Of a stretch of 25,581 bases of DNA, positions 1 to 8,067 are shown one piece after another; position 1 is the stretch's first letter, and every line of letters begins with the position of its first letter. Source of the DNA: an uncultured archaeon (GTDB taxonomy: Archaea; Asgardarchaeota; Lokiarchaeia; Sigyniarchaeales; SOKP01); assembly GCA_964447495.1 (NCBI GenBank), contig CAYUTF010000035.1, positions 1-25,581 on the forward strand. The letters run 5' to 3'. Under the pieces are notes generated by a model. That model was not told the DNA's origin and did no database searches. It was given only the letters and a program-made list of their open reading frames with translations. Position numbers and translations under genes: made by a program.

Positions 1-69
1 TAACTTAAATGATTTTAACTAATTTTAAAAATATTAAGCTAATAAATTAAAAATAAAATAATTAAGTAT

Positions 70-78
70 AAAAAAAAA
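70..78 (-). terminator. Oligo-T tract after the last tusA (candidate archaeal terminator)
   Basis: T9 on the minus strand ~10 nt after the stop, followed by further T-rich sequence. Confidence 0.4.
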
Positions 79-88
79 TTGGGACACT

Positions 89-328
89 CTATTTTACTGC
101 TTCAAAATAGATGTGCCATTGTTCTTCGTCTTCGATAAAATCGGTTCCTAAATGCTTATGTTTTGTTTGCTTTAATAAGTCTCTTGGAACGGATTCACTT
201 GCGGGTTTATAATCTGTTATAACCTTTAAAACTGTTCCTGGTCGCATTTTCATAAGTTGCTTCTTTGTCTTCAATGCGGGAACAGGACAAACTAATCCGC
301 AAACATTTAATTCCATATCAAAATTCAT
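89..328 (-). CDS. tusA: TusA/SirA-family sulfur carrier protein (copy 2, last gene of the cluster)
   Basis: 79 aa; LNVCGLVCPVP contains the TusA CPxP motif; GTVLKVITD is typical; SD-like GAGGA upstream of the ATG. Confidence 0.9.
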   Translation of the reverse strand: MNFDMELNVCGLVCPVPALKTKKQLMKMRPGTVLKVITDYKPASESVPRDLLKQTKHKHLGTDFIEDEEQWHIYFEAVK

Positions 329-362
329 TTTTCATTCCTCTTAATTATATTTTTGTTATTTT

Positions 363-2834
363 TTATTCACATACTAAATTAAATATTGGCTCATCCATAT
401 CGGGCTCAACTTTCATTTCAATTTTCATTAACTGAGCTAAACGAAGAGCCTCGTAACGAACTTTCTTCGGTTCTAATCGTAAATTTTTTGCGATTTCACT
501 AATAGTACTTGATCCTTGAAGAGTTATATAATCTAAAACCTGTTGTCGAGGTGTTTTTTCGAAGTTTAACAATTCGCGCTTCGATTTAAGATTAATTGCC
601 TTTTTTATTTCTTCTTCATTTACATCTCCTATTTCAAAAAGTTCCTCTTTTATAGCATTCTCTATGATCTCTTTTCCTCTTTCAGTCCACACTACCACAG
701 TGGTGTATCCTTTCTTTGAGCCAACCTCTCCTGCTGTTAAATCAGAATAAATTGCTGGAAAGTCTTGACAATGAGAACAAAAGTGATTGCAGCTTAAACA
801 TCTTCGTGCTTCTTGAAGAGCCATATCTTCATTAAACATCTTATCAATTTCTTCAAAACTCCAAGAAATCTCCTCAGTTGCATCTTCTAATGTATCGGGT
901 TTCAATGAATAATCTTTTGGTGGCTTTTTTGGACCAGTGAAAAACATTTGTTCTCTTAAATAACGTCCTTCCATTAAGTCTTCACCTTTAAGATATCGAT
1001 CAATAGAGATTGCTGCTTCTTTCCCATGAGCAATTGCAGCTATAGCTACGGCTTTTGAGTTATTAATAATATCACCCCCCGCAAAAACTCCTGGGATGTT
1101 TGTTTCGAAGGTAATTTCATTAACTTTTATTTTATTACGTTCTTTTTCTAACTGATTTTGGGTTGCTACATCAATTTGTTCAAAGTCTACTGCCTGTCCA
1201 ACGGCAATCACTACAGAATCTACAGGGATTTTATAATCTGAACCCTCAACTTTATTTAAAGGTCTTCTACCGGTTTCATCTGGTTGACCCCATTCAATTT
1301 TATAACAGTTTAATTCAAGTTGACCATCTTTATTCTCTGTGATTTTAGATGTTGATGTAGCAAAGTGATATTGCATGTATTGGATCTCATTTTCCGGAAT
1401 ATCTTTTAAAACCAGCTCAAGCTGTTCTTCTGACATGATATCAACGAGATGAATTTGTTTTGCACCTAATCTGAGAGCTGTTTGCCCAACATCAACTGCA
1501 ACTGGACCGCCACCAATAATTCCAATTAATCTATCTTTAAATTCCTCATTGTTTTCCCAGTATCGATATTTTCTTTCCATAAGAAATGTAATTGCAACAT
1601 GGACATGAGGTAAATCTTCCCCTTCTAAGTGTAATGTTCGTGGTTTATATTGACCTGTAGCGATGAATATTGCTTCAAAACCCTCATTCTTTAAATCATC
1701 AATCGTCATTTTCGGTCCTAATGGTTTATTAAGTTCAATTTTTACTCCAGATTCCTCTATACGAGATACATCATAATCTAATACATAATTTGGTAATCGA
1801 AATTGTGGTACTCCAAATCGTAACATTCCCCCTGTTTTATCTGATTTTTCGAATATTGTTGGAGCATAGCCCTTTTTTTTCAAAAAGTAACCTGCTGTCA
1901 ATCCTGCAGGGCCAGATCCTATAATCGCAACCTTCTTAGCATTTTTATTGGTCACTTTCTTTCGTTTTAGTGCTTTAGTTTTTGCTTGTTCAATCTCCCA
2001 TTCAGTGACAAATTTCTTTAATTCTCGAATCGCTACCGGATGATCATCACCAATTAAGGTACAACCATGTTCACATTCATTTGTACAAATCCTTCCGCAA
2101 ATTGATGGAAGAGGATTATTCTCTCGAATTAAATTCACAGCGTCTTGATATTTTCCTTGACGAATTAATGAAATATATCCTTGAGCATTAACACCAGAAG
2201 GGCATCCATTGCAGCATGGAGAACATACTAAGCCTTGGTCGGTTTGTTTTGTTCTTATGTGAGAATTACAAAACAGCCCAATTTTTAGAATTTCACGTTT
2301 TATATCACTTTCTAATTCAGCTGCGCCCCTCATTTCACAAGGAACACCAACAATGCCTATTGATTCGTTGGTTTGCCCAACTAAATTAACTAGCTTTTCA
2401 AGAACCCCAGAACGACCATATACAACGCCAGCTTTCTTTACGGCTTCATCAGAATTCGATACAATTTCTGCTTTTGGTTTTTCATCATTTTCTTGAACCA
2501 TAACTATTTCCTCAAGAACTTTCGAATCTAATAATGTTTTAGCTAAAGTCGTTACTACTCCACCATTCGCAGCTTTTGCTAATATTTCAGGATTTTTACT
2601 TCGCAAAGAATAGATAGCTTTTGGTTTTTTTGATTTGAATTTTTTCTGTATTACCTGCGGGCAATTTTCATAACACCGACCGCAGTCTTGTCCATCCCTT
2701 TCAAGAATACAATAGTCTTTTAGAACAGGACGCTTCACACTCATTTCAATATGTTTACATGAACCAGCACATAAGCCACAGCCCTGGCATAATCCTGCCT
2801 CAATTATTTCAGTTTTTAATAATTCAAAACTCAT
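363..2834 (-). CDS. Fe-S flavoprotein: FrhB/FdhB-like (F420-hydrogenase beta) domain interrupted by a GltD/SudA/NfnB-like NAD(P)H:flavin module, with a C-terminal winged helix
   Basis: N-terminal CQGCGLCAGSC and CGRCYENCP; FrhB motifs GGVVTTL, VGVPC and IGLFC; GltD motifs PCCNGCP, ICGRICTNECEHGC, IIGSGPAG, IIGGGPVAVD, TNIPGVFAGGD and EARRCLSC; FrhB C-terminal part CSHCQDF...DLTAGEVGSKKGYTTVVVWTERG; last ~60 aa HTH-like. Confidence 0.85.
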   Translation of the reverse strand: MSFELLKTEIIEAGLCQGCGLCAGSCKHIEMSVKRPVLKDYCILERDGQDCGRCYENCPQVIQKKFKSKKPKAIYSLRSKNPEILAKAANGGVVTTLAKTLLDSKVLEEIVMVQENDEKPKAEIVSNSDEAVKKAGVVYGRSGVLEKLVNLVGQTNESIGIVGVPCEMRGAAELESDIKREILKIGLFCNSHIRTKQTDQGLVCSPCCNGCPSGVNAQGYISLIRQGKYQDAVNLIRENNPLPSICGRICTNECEHGCTLIGDDHPVAIRELKKFVTEWEIEQAKTKALKRKKVTNKNAKKVAIIGSGPAGLTAGYFLKKKGYAPTIFEKSDKTGGMLRFGVPQFRLPNYVLDYDVSRIEESGVKIELNKPLGPKMTIDDLKNEGFEAIFIATGQYKPRTLHLEGEDLPHVHVAITFLMERKYRYWENNEEFKDRLIGIIGGGPVAVDVGQTALRLGAKQIHLVDIMSEEQLELVLKDIPENEIQYMQYHFATSTSKITENKDGQLELNCYKIEWGQPDETGRRPLNKVEGSDYKIPVDSVVIAVGQAVDFEQIDVATQNQLEKERNKIKVNEITFETNIPGVFAGGDIINNSKAVAIAAIAHGKEAAISIDRYLKGEDLMEGRYLREQMFFTGPKKPPKDYSLKPDTLEDATEEISWSFEEIDKMFNEDMALQEARRCLSCNHFCSHCQDFPAIYSDLTAGEVGSKKGYTTVVVWTERGKEIIENAIKEELFEIGDVNEEEIKKAINLKSKRELLNFEKTPRQQVLDYITLQGSSTISEIAKNLRLEPKKVRYEALRLAQLMKIEMKVEPDMDEPIFNLVCE

Positions 2835-2836
2835 TT

Positions 2837-4072
2837 TTATCCCTCTTTGATTTTGATTTCTTTAATTATTCCCTTTGGATCAATACTATAATTTACCGAC
2901 CCATTTTTATAGATTCCTTCCACCACTTCAAAAACATGGCTTTTATATGTTTCAAAATTATCATTATCTTCAATTTGTTTTTTAAATCCGCCAAAATAAA
3001 GATTAGACAGATTCATATTTCCAGCAATTTTCCTAATTTTTTCAGTCGTTTCTTTATACTTTTGAGCATCTTCTTCGCTTGTAGCCTTAATTAATTCAGA
3101 TTCCAATTTAAGTAATTCGGCCCGATACTTTTTTGTTTGTTCGCTTATCTCAATATTATTAGCTTTTTCATAAGATTCTATAATCTTAAGAGTAAGGGAA
3201 ATTGACTTATTTCCTCCTAATAATCCTGTAATCAGAGGTAATTCCTCAATTAATCTTCCAGTAAAAACATCTTGTAATAATTTACCTGAAGATGGTATTC
3301 TACCTGTTGGTAAGCCTGAGGTTGGTAAAGTAAATCTGAAAAAATTTCCGAGAATATCTGGTAGGCTCTCGGTAACATCATCGTCAGCGTCAGCAAGCTT
3401 GTCCGTTGCTCCTTTTTCAGAATGTTCAGTAGCCATTTCAACATTTCCCATAAGAGTACCAAACATCCCTAACATACGGATTCCCGATCGTTCAAGCATC
3501 GGTTTACATCCTCTGCATGGAGTATTGTAATCTATACATCTTTCTTTACATGCTTTTGCTATAAATCCATTACACAGAAATCCTAAATCGTTAAAGCAAG
3601 TATTAGTGTCATCAATCTCGATCTGTCGATTTACTCTATCAAGATAATCGCAAGTTGCTCTCCTCTTACAGACATTGCAAAGTGGTTTGCTTTTAGGAAG
3701 CTCCTTTTCATTTATTATGTAACTCAACTCCTCAATTTCTCCTAGACAACCATTAACATTAAAACCATTACTAATTAAGGAATTTAAAGGAGTTACTTTA
3801 TGTCCTTTTTGGTTTGCTAATGCAAATACCCCACCCGTTGTCGTACAATCACCAAAGGCAACAACTTTTTTAGAATTCTTTTTGATTCGTTCTATCCATT
3901 CTTTATCAGCTGGTAATAAATACCCTGTAATAATAGCCAGATCTATAGATTCTTCCTTCCATTCGCTTGGCTTGGAAATGAGTTCTACATTGATTTTATT
4001 ATCTAACTTCAAAAGAATTGTTTCATAAAAACATTTATTACAACCGTTAAACTGAAAAACTCTAACATTCAT
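2837..4072 (-). CDS. mvhG: MvhG/VhuG-like [NiFe]-hydrogenase small-subunit homologue with a ~150 aa cysteine-free C-terminal extension
   Basis: GCNKC, VAFGDCTTTGG and NGC (proximal cluster); LCNVC, CFNDLGFLC and CKERC...PCRGC (distal/medial clusters); DILGNFFRFTLP resembles the MvhG tail; directly follows mvhD. Confidence 0.75.
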   Translation of the reverse strand: MNVRVFQFNGCNKCFYETILLKLDNKINVELISKPSEWKEESIDLAIITGYLLPADKEWIERIKKNSKKVVAFGDCTTTGGVFALANQKGHKVTPLNSLISNGFNVNGCLGEIEELSYIINEKELPKSKPLCNVCKRRATCDYLDRVNRQIEIDDTNTCFNDLGFLCNGFIAKACKERCIDYNTPCRGCKPMLERSGIRMLGMFGTLMGNVEMATEHSEKGATDKLADADDDVTESLPDILGNFFRFTLPTSGLPTGRIPSSGKLLQDVFTGRLIEELPLITGLLGGNKSISLTLKIIESYEKANNIEISEQTKKYRAELLKLESELIKATSEEDAQKYKETTEKIRKIAGNMNLSNLYFGGFKKQIEDNDNFETYKSHVFEVVEGIYKNGSVNYSIDPKGIIKEIKIKEG

Positions 4073-4514
4073 CTTTGATTGTCCCCTCTTCTTTAATTGC
4101 TGTAGTCAATCGATCAACAATATCCTCGAAATCTCCAACTGCGGTTTCACCTTCAGCAGCTCTCGATGTATATTGGTTAATAAATTGATCACTATATCCT
4201 AATTCTTTGAATAACTTTTTCATTAATTTTATTCTATGCATCGAAAGTAAATTTCCATTAAAAAAATGACATGCACCTATACAACATCCTACGCACGCAA
4301 CAGCATCAGCACCGTTACTTAAAGCGTCCATAATCTGAATGGGTCCAATTTGACCGGTACATTGAACTCTGACAATTCTAATTGCAGGTTCATATGCCAT
4401 TCGAGCCACTCCAGCAGTATTCGCTGAGCCTTGACCACACTCATTACACATAAATACTACTACATTTTGTATTTTTTCCTTTATTTCTTCATCGATTACT
4501 TCACAATCACTCAT
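4062..4514 (-). CDS. mvhD: MvhD-type [2Fe-2S] Hdr adaptor subunit
   Basis: FMCNEC, IRIVRVQCTGQI, ALSNGADAV and GCCIGACHF match the MvhD/FlpD pattern; ATG at 4514 overlaps the hdrA TGA (ATGA) and has GGAGGTG upstream, so it is preferred to the TTG at 4520. Confidence 0.88.
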   Translation of the reverse strand: MSDCEVIDEEIKEKIQNVVVFMCNECGQGSANTAGVARMAYEPAIRIVRVQCTGQIGPIQIMDALSNGADAVACVGCCIGACHFFNGNLLSMHRIKLMKKLFKELGYSDQFINQYTSRAAEGETAVGDFEDIVDRLTTAIKEEGTIKDEC

Positions 4515-6541
4515 TCGCAAACAGCACCTCCGCCAGAAACAGCGATTATTTCATCTAATAATTGATCATCTTTAAAATTAATTAATTGTATTGCTCCAGT
4601 AGGGCACACAGGCATACACATGCCGCATGATTTACACGCAACTTCATTAACAGATGGAATTCCATTTTCATCAATATCAATAGCCGCTGGCGCGCAAACG
4701 GTTTTACATAATCCACACTTAACACATAGGTCATAATTGATGGTAGGAATTAACATTTCTTTCTCAATATATCCTTTTACTAATGGGGCAGCCGCTAAAG
4801 CAGCAGCACTTCCTGCATGTGCCACCGATTCTGAAATATCTTTTGGACCTTGGATTGCTCCTGCCAAAAATATTCCTCCTTTACTGCTTAGAGTTGGATT
4901 CATCTTGATATGAAATTCTTTAAGAAATCCCTCTTTTGATCGCAACACATGAAGTTTCGACCCAAGTGGACCGATCCCTTCAGGAGGGACCATAGCAGCA
5001 GAAAGAACCACTAAATCTGCTTTTAATTGTAATGGCGTTTGACTTAGAGTATCTTCAACAATAACTCTTAATTCACCCGAAATTGGGTTTCGTACTATTT
5101 CAGAAGGTCTCCCTCGAATAAATCTTACCCCTATCTCTTGGGCAGATTTATAGAGTTCTTCAAAGTTAAGCCCAGGCGTTCTGATATCAATATAACAAAT
5201 AGTAACATCGGTATCAGGATACATCTCTTTAATGATTCGCGCATTTTTTATTGCAAATTTACAACATACACCCGTACAATACTGATTTCCGACTTGGTCA
5301 TTTCTACTTCCTACACACTGAATCATAACAACGTTTTTTGGTATTTTACCATCAGAAGGTCTTAAAACTTCACTATTTGTCAATGATGTAGGAGATAACA
5401 TTCGTTCAAGCTTAAGTTGGGTAATCACATCTTCATATCCTTCTTGATTATAGTGATAAGGCTCTATTTCTGTGGGATCATATTCATCATACCCAGCCGC
5501 GACGATAATTGACCCCACTTTTACCGTTTTAGTTTCTGGTTGCATCGAAAAATCTACCGCTTGAACAGGACAAACATTTACACATGTATTGCATTCAATA
5601 CAGTTTTTCTTATCCCGTACATATGTTGCGGGAATCGCTTGCGGGTATGCTTTATATATCGCTTTCCGCATAGACATTCCCATATCCCATTCACTAGGAA
5701 GTTCAACTGGGCAGTGTTCCGCACATTCACCACAAGAAGTACAATTATCTTTGACATAACGGGGCTTAATTTCAAATTCAACTTCAAAATTTCCCAAAGA
5801 ACCGTCTATATTCTTCACTTGAGCATTAGTATACAATTCTATCAAAGGATGATTTGCAACTCCATTCGTTAGAGGTGAGATTGAACATTGTGGACATTCA
5901 AGGGTAGGAAAAGTCTTGTTTAACCTCGTCATATGCCCCCCAATAGTTGATTCTCTCTCTATAAGATATACTGGAATACCTAATTCTGCCATATCATGTG
6001 CCGCCCGAAGACCAGCGATGCCTGCTCCGATTACTAAAGCCGCTTTTGTAGTTTTTACTTTTCGAGTTTCAACATCTTCTAGTTTACGCGCTCTATTTAC
6101 TCCTGCTTCAACCAATTGCTTAGCTTTTTGATTTGCCTTATCTTTTTCCTTTTGGTGAACCCAGCTACAATATTCGCGTACATTCACTTGTTGATGACGA
6201 TGTTTATTAAGCCCCATTTCCTCAATAGCTCGTGCAAATGTCTTTCCATGTTGATTTTTGGAACAACTTGCCACTACAGTACGATTCACCCCTAATTCTT
6301 TAATAGAATCTTTTACCATTTGAACTCCTGGTTTTGAACACATAAACATATAATGTTCTGCTTTTACAACATTAGGCAATGTTTTTGCATAATCAGCAAC
6401 TTTAGCAACATCCACAGTACCTGCAATATTATGACCACAATGACATACAAACACTCCAATTCTTGGTTCTTCTGAATCTATTTCTTTTGATTCCTCTTCA
6501 GTAGTATCTGTTTTTTTTACTTTTCCTTCTTTTATTGTCAA
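4511..6541 (-). CDS. hdrA: Heterodisulfide reductase subunit A (flavin, electron-bifurcating type)
   Basis: RIGVFVCHCG, NVREYCSWVH, LVIGAGIAG, GGHM..L.KTFPT, inserted ferredoxin (CTSCGEC..CP, CIECNTC..CP), IQCVGSR, YCTGVCC, GPKDI, C-terminal 2x[4Fe-4S]; TTG start 1 nt after the hdrB stop. Confidence 0.96.
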   Translation of the reverse strand: MTIKEGKVKKTDTTEEESKEIDSEEPRIGVFVCHCGHNIAGTVDVAKVADYAKTLPNVVKAEHYMFMCSKPGVQMVKDSIKELGVNRTVVASCSKNQHGKTFARAIEEMGLNKHRHQQVNVREYCSWVHQKEKDKANQKAKQLVEAGVNRARKLEDVETRKVKTTKAALVIGAGIAGLRAAHDMAELGIPVYLIERESTIGGHMTRLNKTFPTLECPQCSISPLTNGVANHPLIELYTNAQVKNIDGSLGNFEVEFEIKPRYVKDNCTSCGECAEHCPVELPSEWDMGMSMRKAIYKAYPQAIPATYVRDKKNCIECNTCVNVCPVQAVDFSMQPETKTVKVGSIIVAAGYDEYDPTEIEPYHYNQEGYEDVITQLKLERMLSPTSLTNSEVLRPSDGKIPKNVVMIQCVGSRNDQVGNQYCTGVCCKFAIKNARIIKEMYPDTDVTICYIDIRTPGLNFEELYKSAQEIGVRFIRGRPSEIVRNPISGELRVIVEDTLSQTPLQLKADLVVLSAAMVPPEGIGPLGSKLHVLRSKEGFLKEFHIKMNPTLSSKGGIFLAGAIQGPKDISESVAHAGSAAALAAAPLVKGYIEKEMLIPTINYDLCVKCGLCKTVCAPAAIDIDENGIPSVNEVACKSCGMCMPVCPTGAIQLINFKDDQLLDEIIAVSGGGAVCE

Positions 6542-6542
6542 T

Positions 6543-7460
6543 TTATATTACCTCTTCCTCCTTTTTCATTTCTCTTTCGCCAAAAATATAATTTTTACCC
6601 ATTAATTGATATTGGAGGCCAACAAACTCTTGATCCATTCCCATACAATATGCAGTTAATTGGGAGATATGGATAACAGGATAGTTATAATTACAGTCCT
6701 TATTTTTATTTAGATAATCTTGCCCTGTTTCAAATTGCAAATGACAAAAGGGGCAAATATCTAGTATAAAATCGGGCTTTACCTCATCTATATTCTTCAT
6801 CTTTTCTCCAAAGATAGTCATGCTTGCATCACCCGAATAGGCTTTTACACCACCACCAGCTCCACAACAAGTTAATTGTTCTTTAAAGCGTACAGATTCA
6901 ACGCCTAACGCTTCAAGATACTCCTCGACAATAGTGGGATTCTCTGAACTTTCAATTTCTCTAATTCGGGTTGGTTTTAGAAAGTGACAACCATAATGAA
7001 CGGCAGCTCTTGCATTTACTTTTCTGACAATTATATCTTCAATACCCCAAGGTCCTATTTCATAACCCAAAACTTCAGCTATGTGGCGAACATTAATGGT
7101 TCCCTTGAACTCATAATCTCCAATAAGCTTTAATTTTTCATTTACCATGATTCTATGGTCTTCGTTTTCTTTCAAGTGCTTATTAACTTCTTGAAGGGTT
7201 CCAAAACACCCATTACAAACGGTCAAAATATCAGTATCTAATTGCTCTGCTATACAAAGATTTCTCGCTGCAGCAACCATCCAATCTACCTTGTTAAATG
7301 AGCGGAACACTCCAGGAGCAGGGCAGCAACCAGCTTTTTTCATGTCTAAAAGTTCGTATCCTAATTTTTCCATGACAAATTTTGTAGCCTTTTCTATTGC
7401 TGGATATCTATTCGGCATTAAACACCCGAGAAAAAACGCAAATGTCTTCTCTTTTACCAT
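6543..7460 (-). CDS. hdrB: Heterodisulfide reductase subunit B (two CCG domains)
   Basis: FLGC, GCCPAPG and CNGC; HYGCH, CCGAGGG and CPFCHLQF; strong SD GGAGGAG. Confidence 0.96.
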   Translation of the reverse strand: MVKEKTFAFFLGCLMPNRYPAIEKATKFVMEKLGYELLDMKKAGCCPAPGVFRSFNKVDWMVAAARNLCIAEQLDTDILTVCNGCFGTLQEVNKHLKENEDHRIMVNEKLKLIGDYEFKGTINVRHIAEVLGYEIGPWGIEDIIVRKVNARAAVHYGCHFLKPTRIREIESSENPTIVEEYLEALGVESVRFKEQLTCCGAGGGVKAYSGDASMTIFGEKMKNIDEVKPDFILDICPFCHLQFETGQDYLNKNKDCNYNYPVIHISQLTAYCMGMDQEFVGLQYQLMGKNYIFGEREMKKEEEVI

Positions 7461-7472
7461 TAATTTCTCCTC

Positions 7473-8021
7473 CTATTCTTTGTCCTCTTCCTCTTTAATT
7501 GGAGGAAGAGCAAACAAATATTTTTCAAAATTCTTTAAATCATTATCATCCCCTTCTTGCTTGAATTTATACAAGGTTGGGGGAAGTTCTTCTAATCCTA
7601 ATTCTACTCTTCTTTTCTTTACTTCATCATTTATTGGAACTGCATGTCCCGTAGTTTTCAAAAACCCTACCACTGCTCTATGATTTGGAGATATATTCCC
7701 TCGTTTTGTGGCATAATTCCTTAATTCCATAATAACATCGGTTGGCCTTACATCTCTGGGACATCGCTCATAACATTGATAACATGTTGTACAAAGCCAA
7801 ATATCGGGATCATCTAAAACAGATACATCTCCTAATACAACTTTTCGCACTATTGAGCGAGTTTTTAAAGCAGTCCATCTGCCACTTTCACAACTCGCAG
7901 TACAAGTTCCACATTGAATACATTTCCAAATGTTAGATTTTCGTTCGATATTTTTAAAAAAATCTTCATCAAAATCTTCATCTGTCTTATATTCTCGATG
8001 TTGTTCTTTTACATCAGACAT
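7473..8021 (-). CDS. hdrC: Heterodisulfide reductase subunit C
   Basis: CIQCGTCTASC, IWLCTTCYQCYERCPR, TGHAVP, RVELGL. Confidence 0.95.
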   Translation of the reverse strand: MSDVKEQHREYKTDEDFDEDFFKNIERKSNIWKCIQCGTCTASCESGRWTALKTRSIVRKVVLGDVSVLDDPDIWLCTTCYQCYERCPRDVRPTDVIMELRNYATKRGNISPNHRAVVGFLKTTGHAVPINDEVKKRRVELGLEELPPTLYKFKQEGDDNDLKNFEKYLFALPPIKEEEDKE

Positions 8022-8046
8022 TTTTTACCACCATTTTATTAATTTG

Positions 8047-8061
8047 AAAAAAAAAAAAAAA
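8047..8061 (-). terminator. T15 tract between the dsrE2-like gene and hdrC (candidate internal terminator)
   Basis: 15 consecutive A on the plus strand, 6 nt after the stop at 8068. Confidence 0.4.
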
Positions 8062-8067
8062 TTTAAT

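Noticed and set aside
2837-4520. Calling the locus a functional Mvh hydrogenase or evidence of methanogenesis
   Set aside because: No ORF with the two Ni-binding CxxC motifs, and no maturation or mcr genes in the window.
4062-6541. Selenocysteine recoding in hdrA/mvhD, which are selenoproteins in some archaea
   Set aside because: No internal in-frame TGA, and the relevant positions are Cys. The hdrA terminal TGA is an ATGA overlap with mvhD, and read-through would hit TAA after four more codons. I recognised no convincing SECIS.
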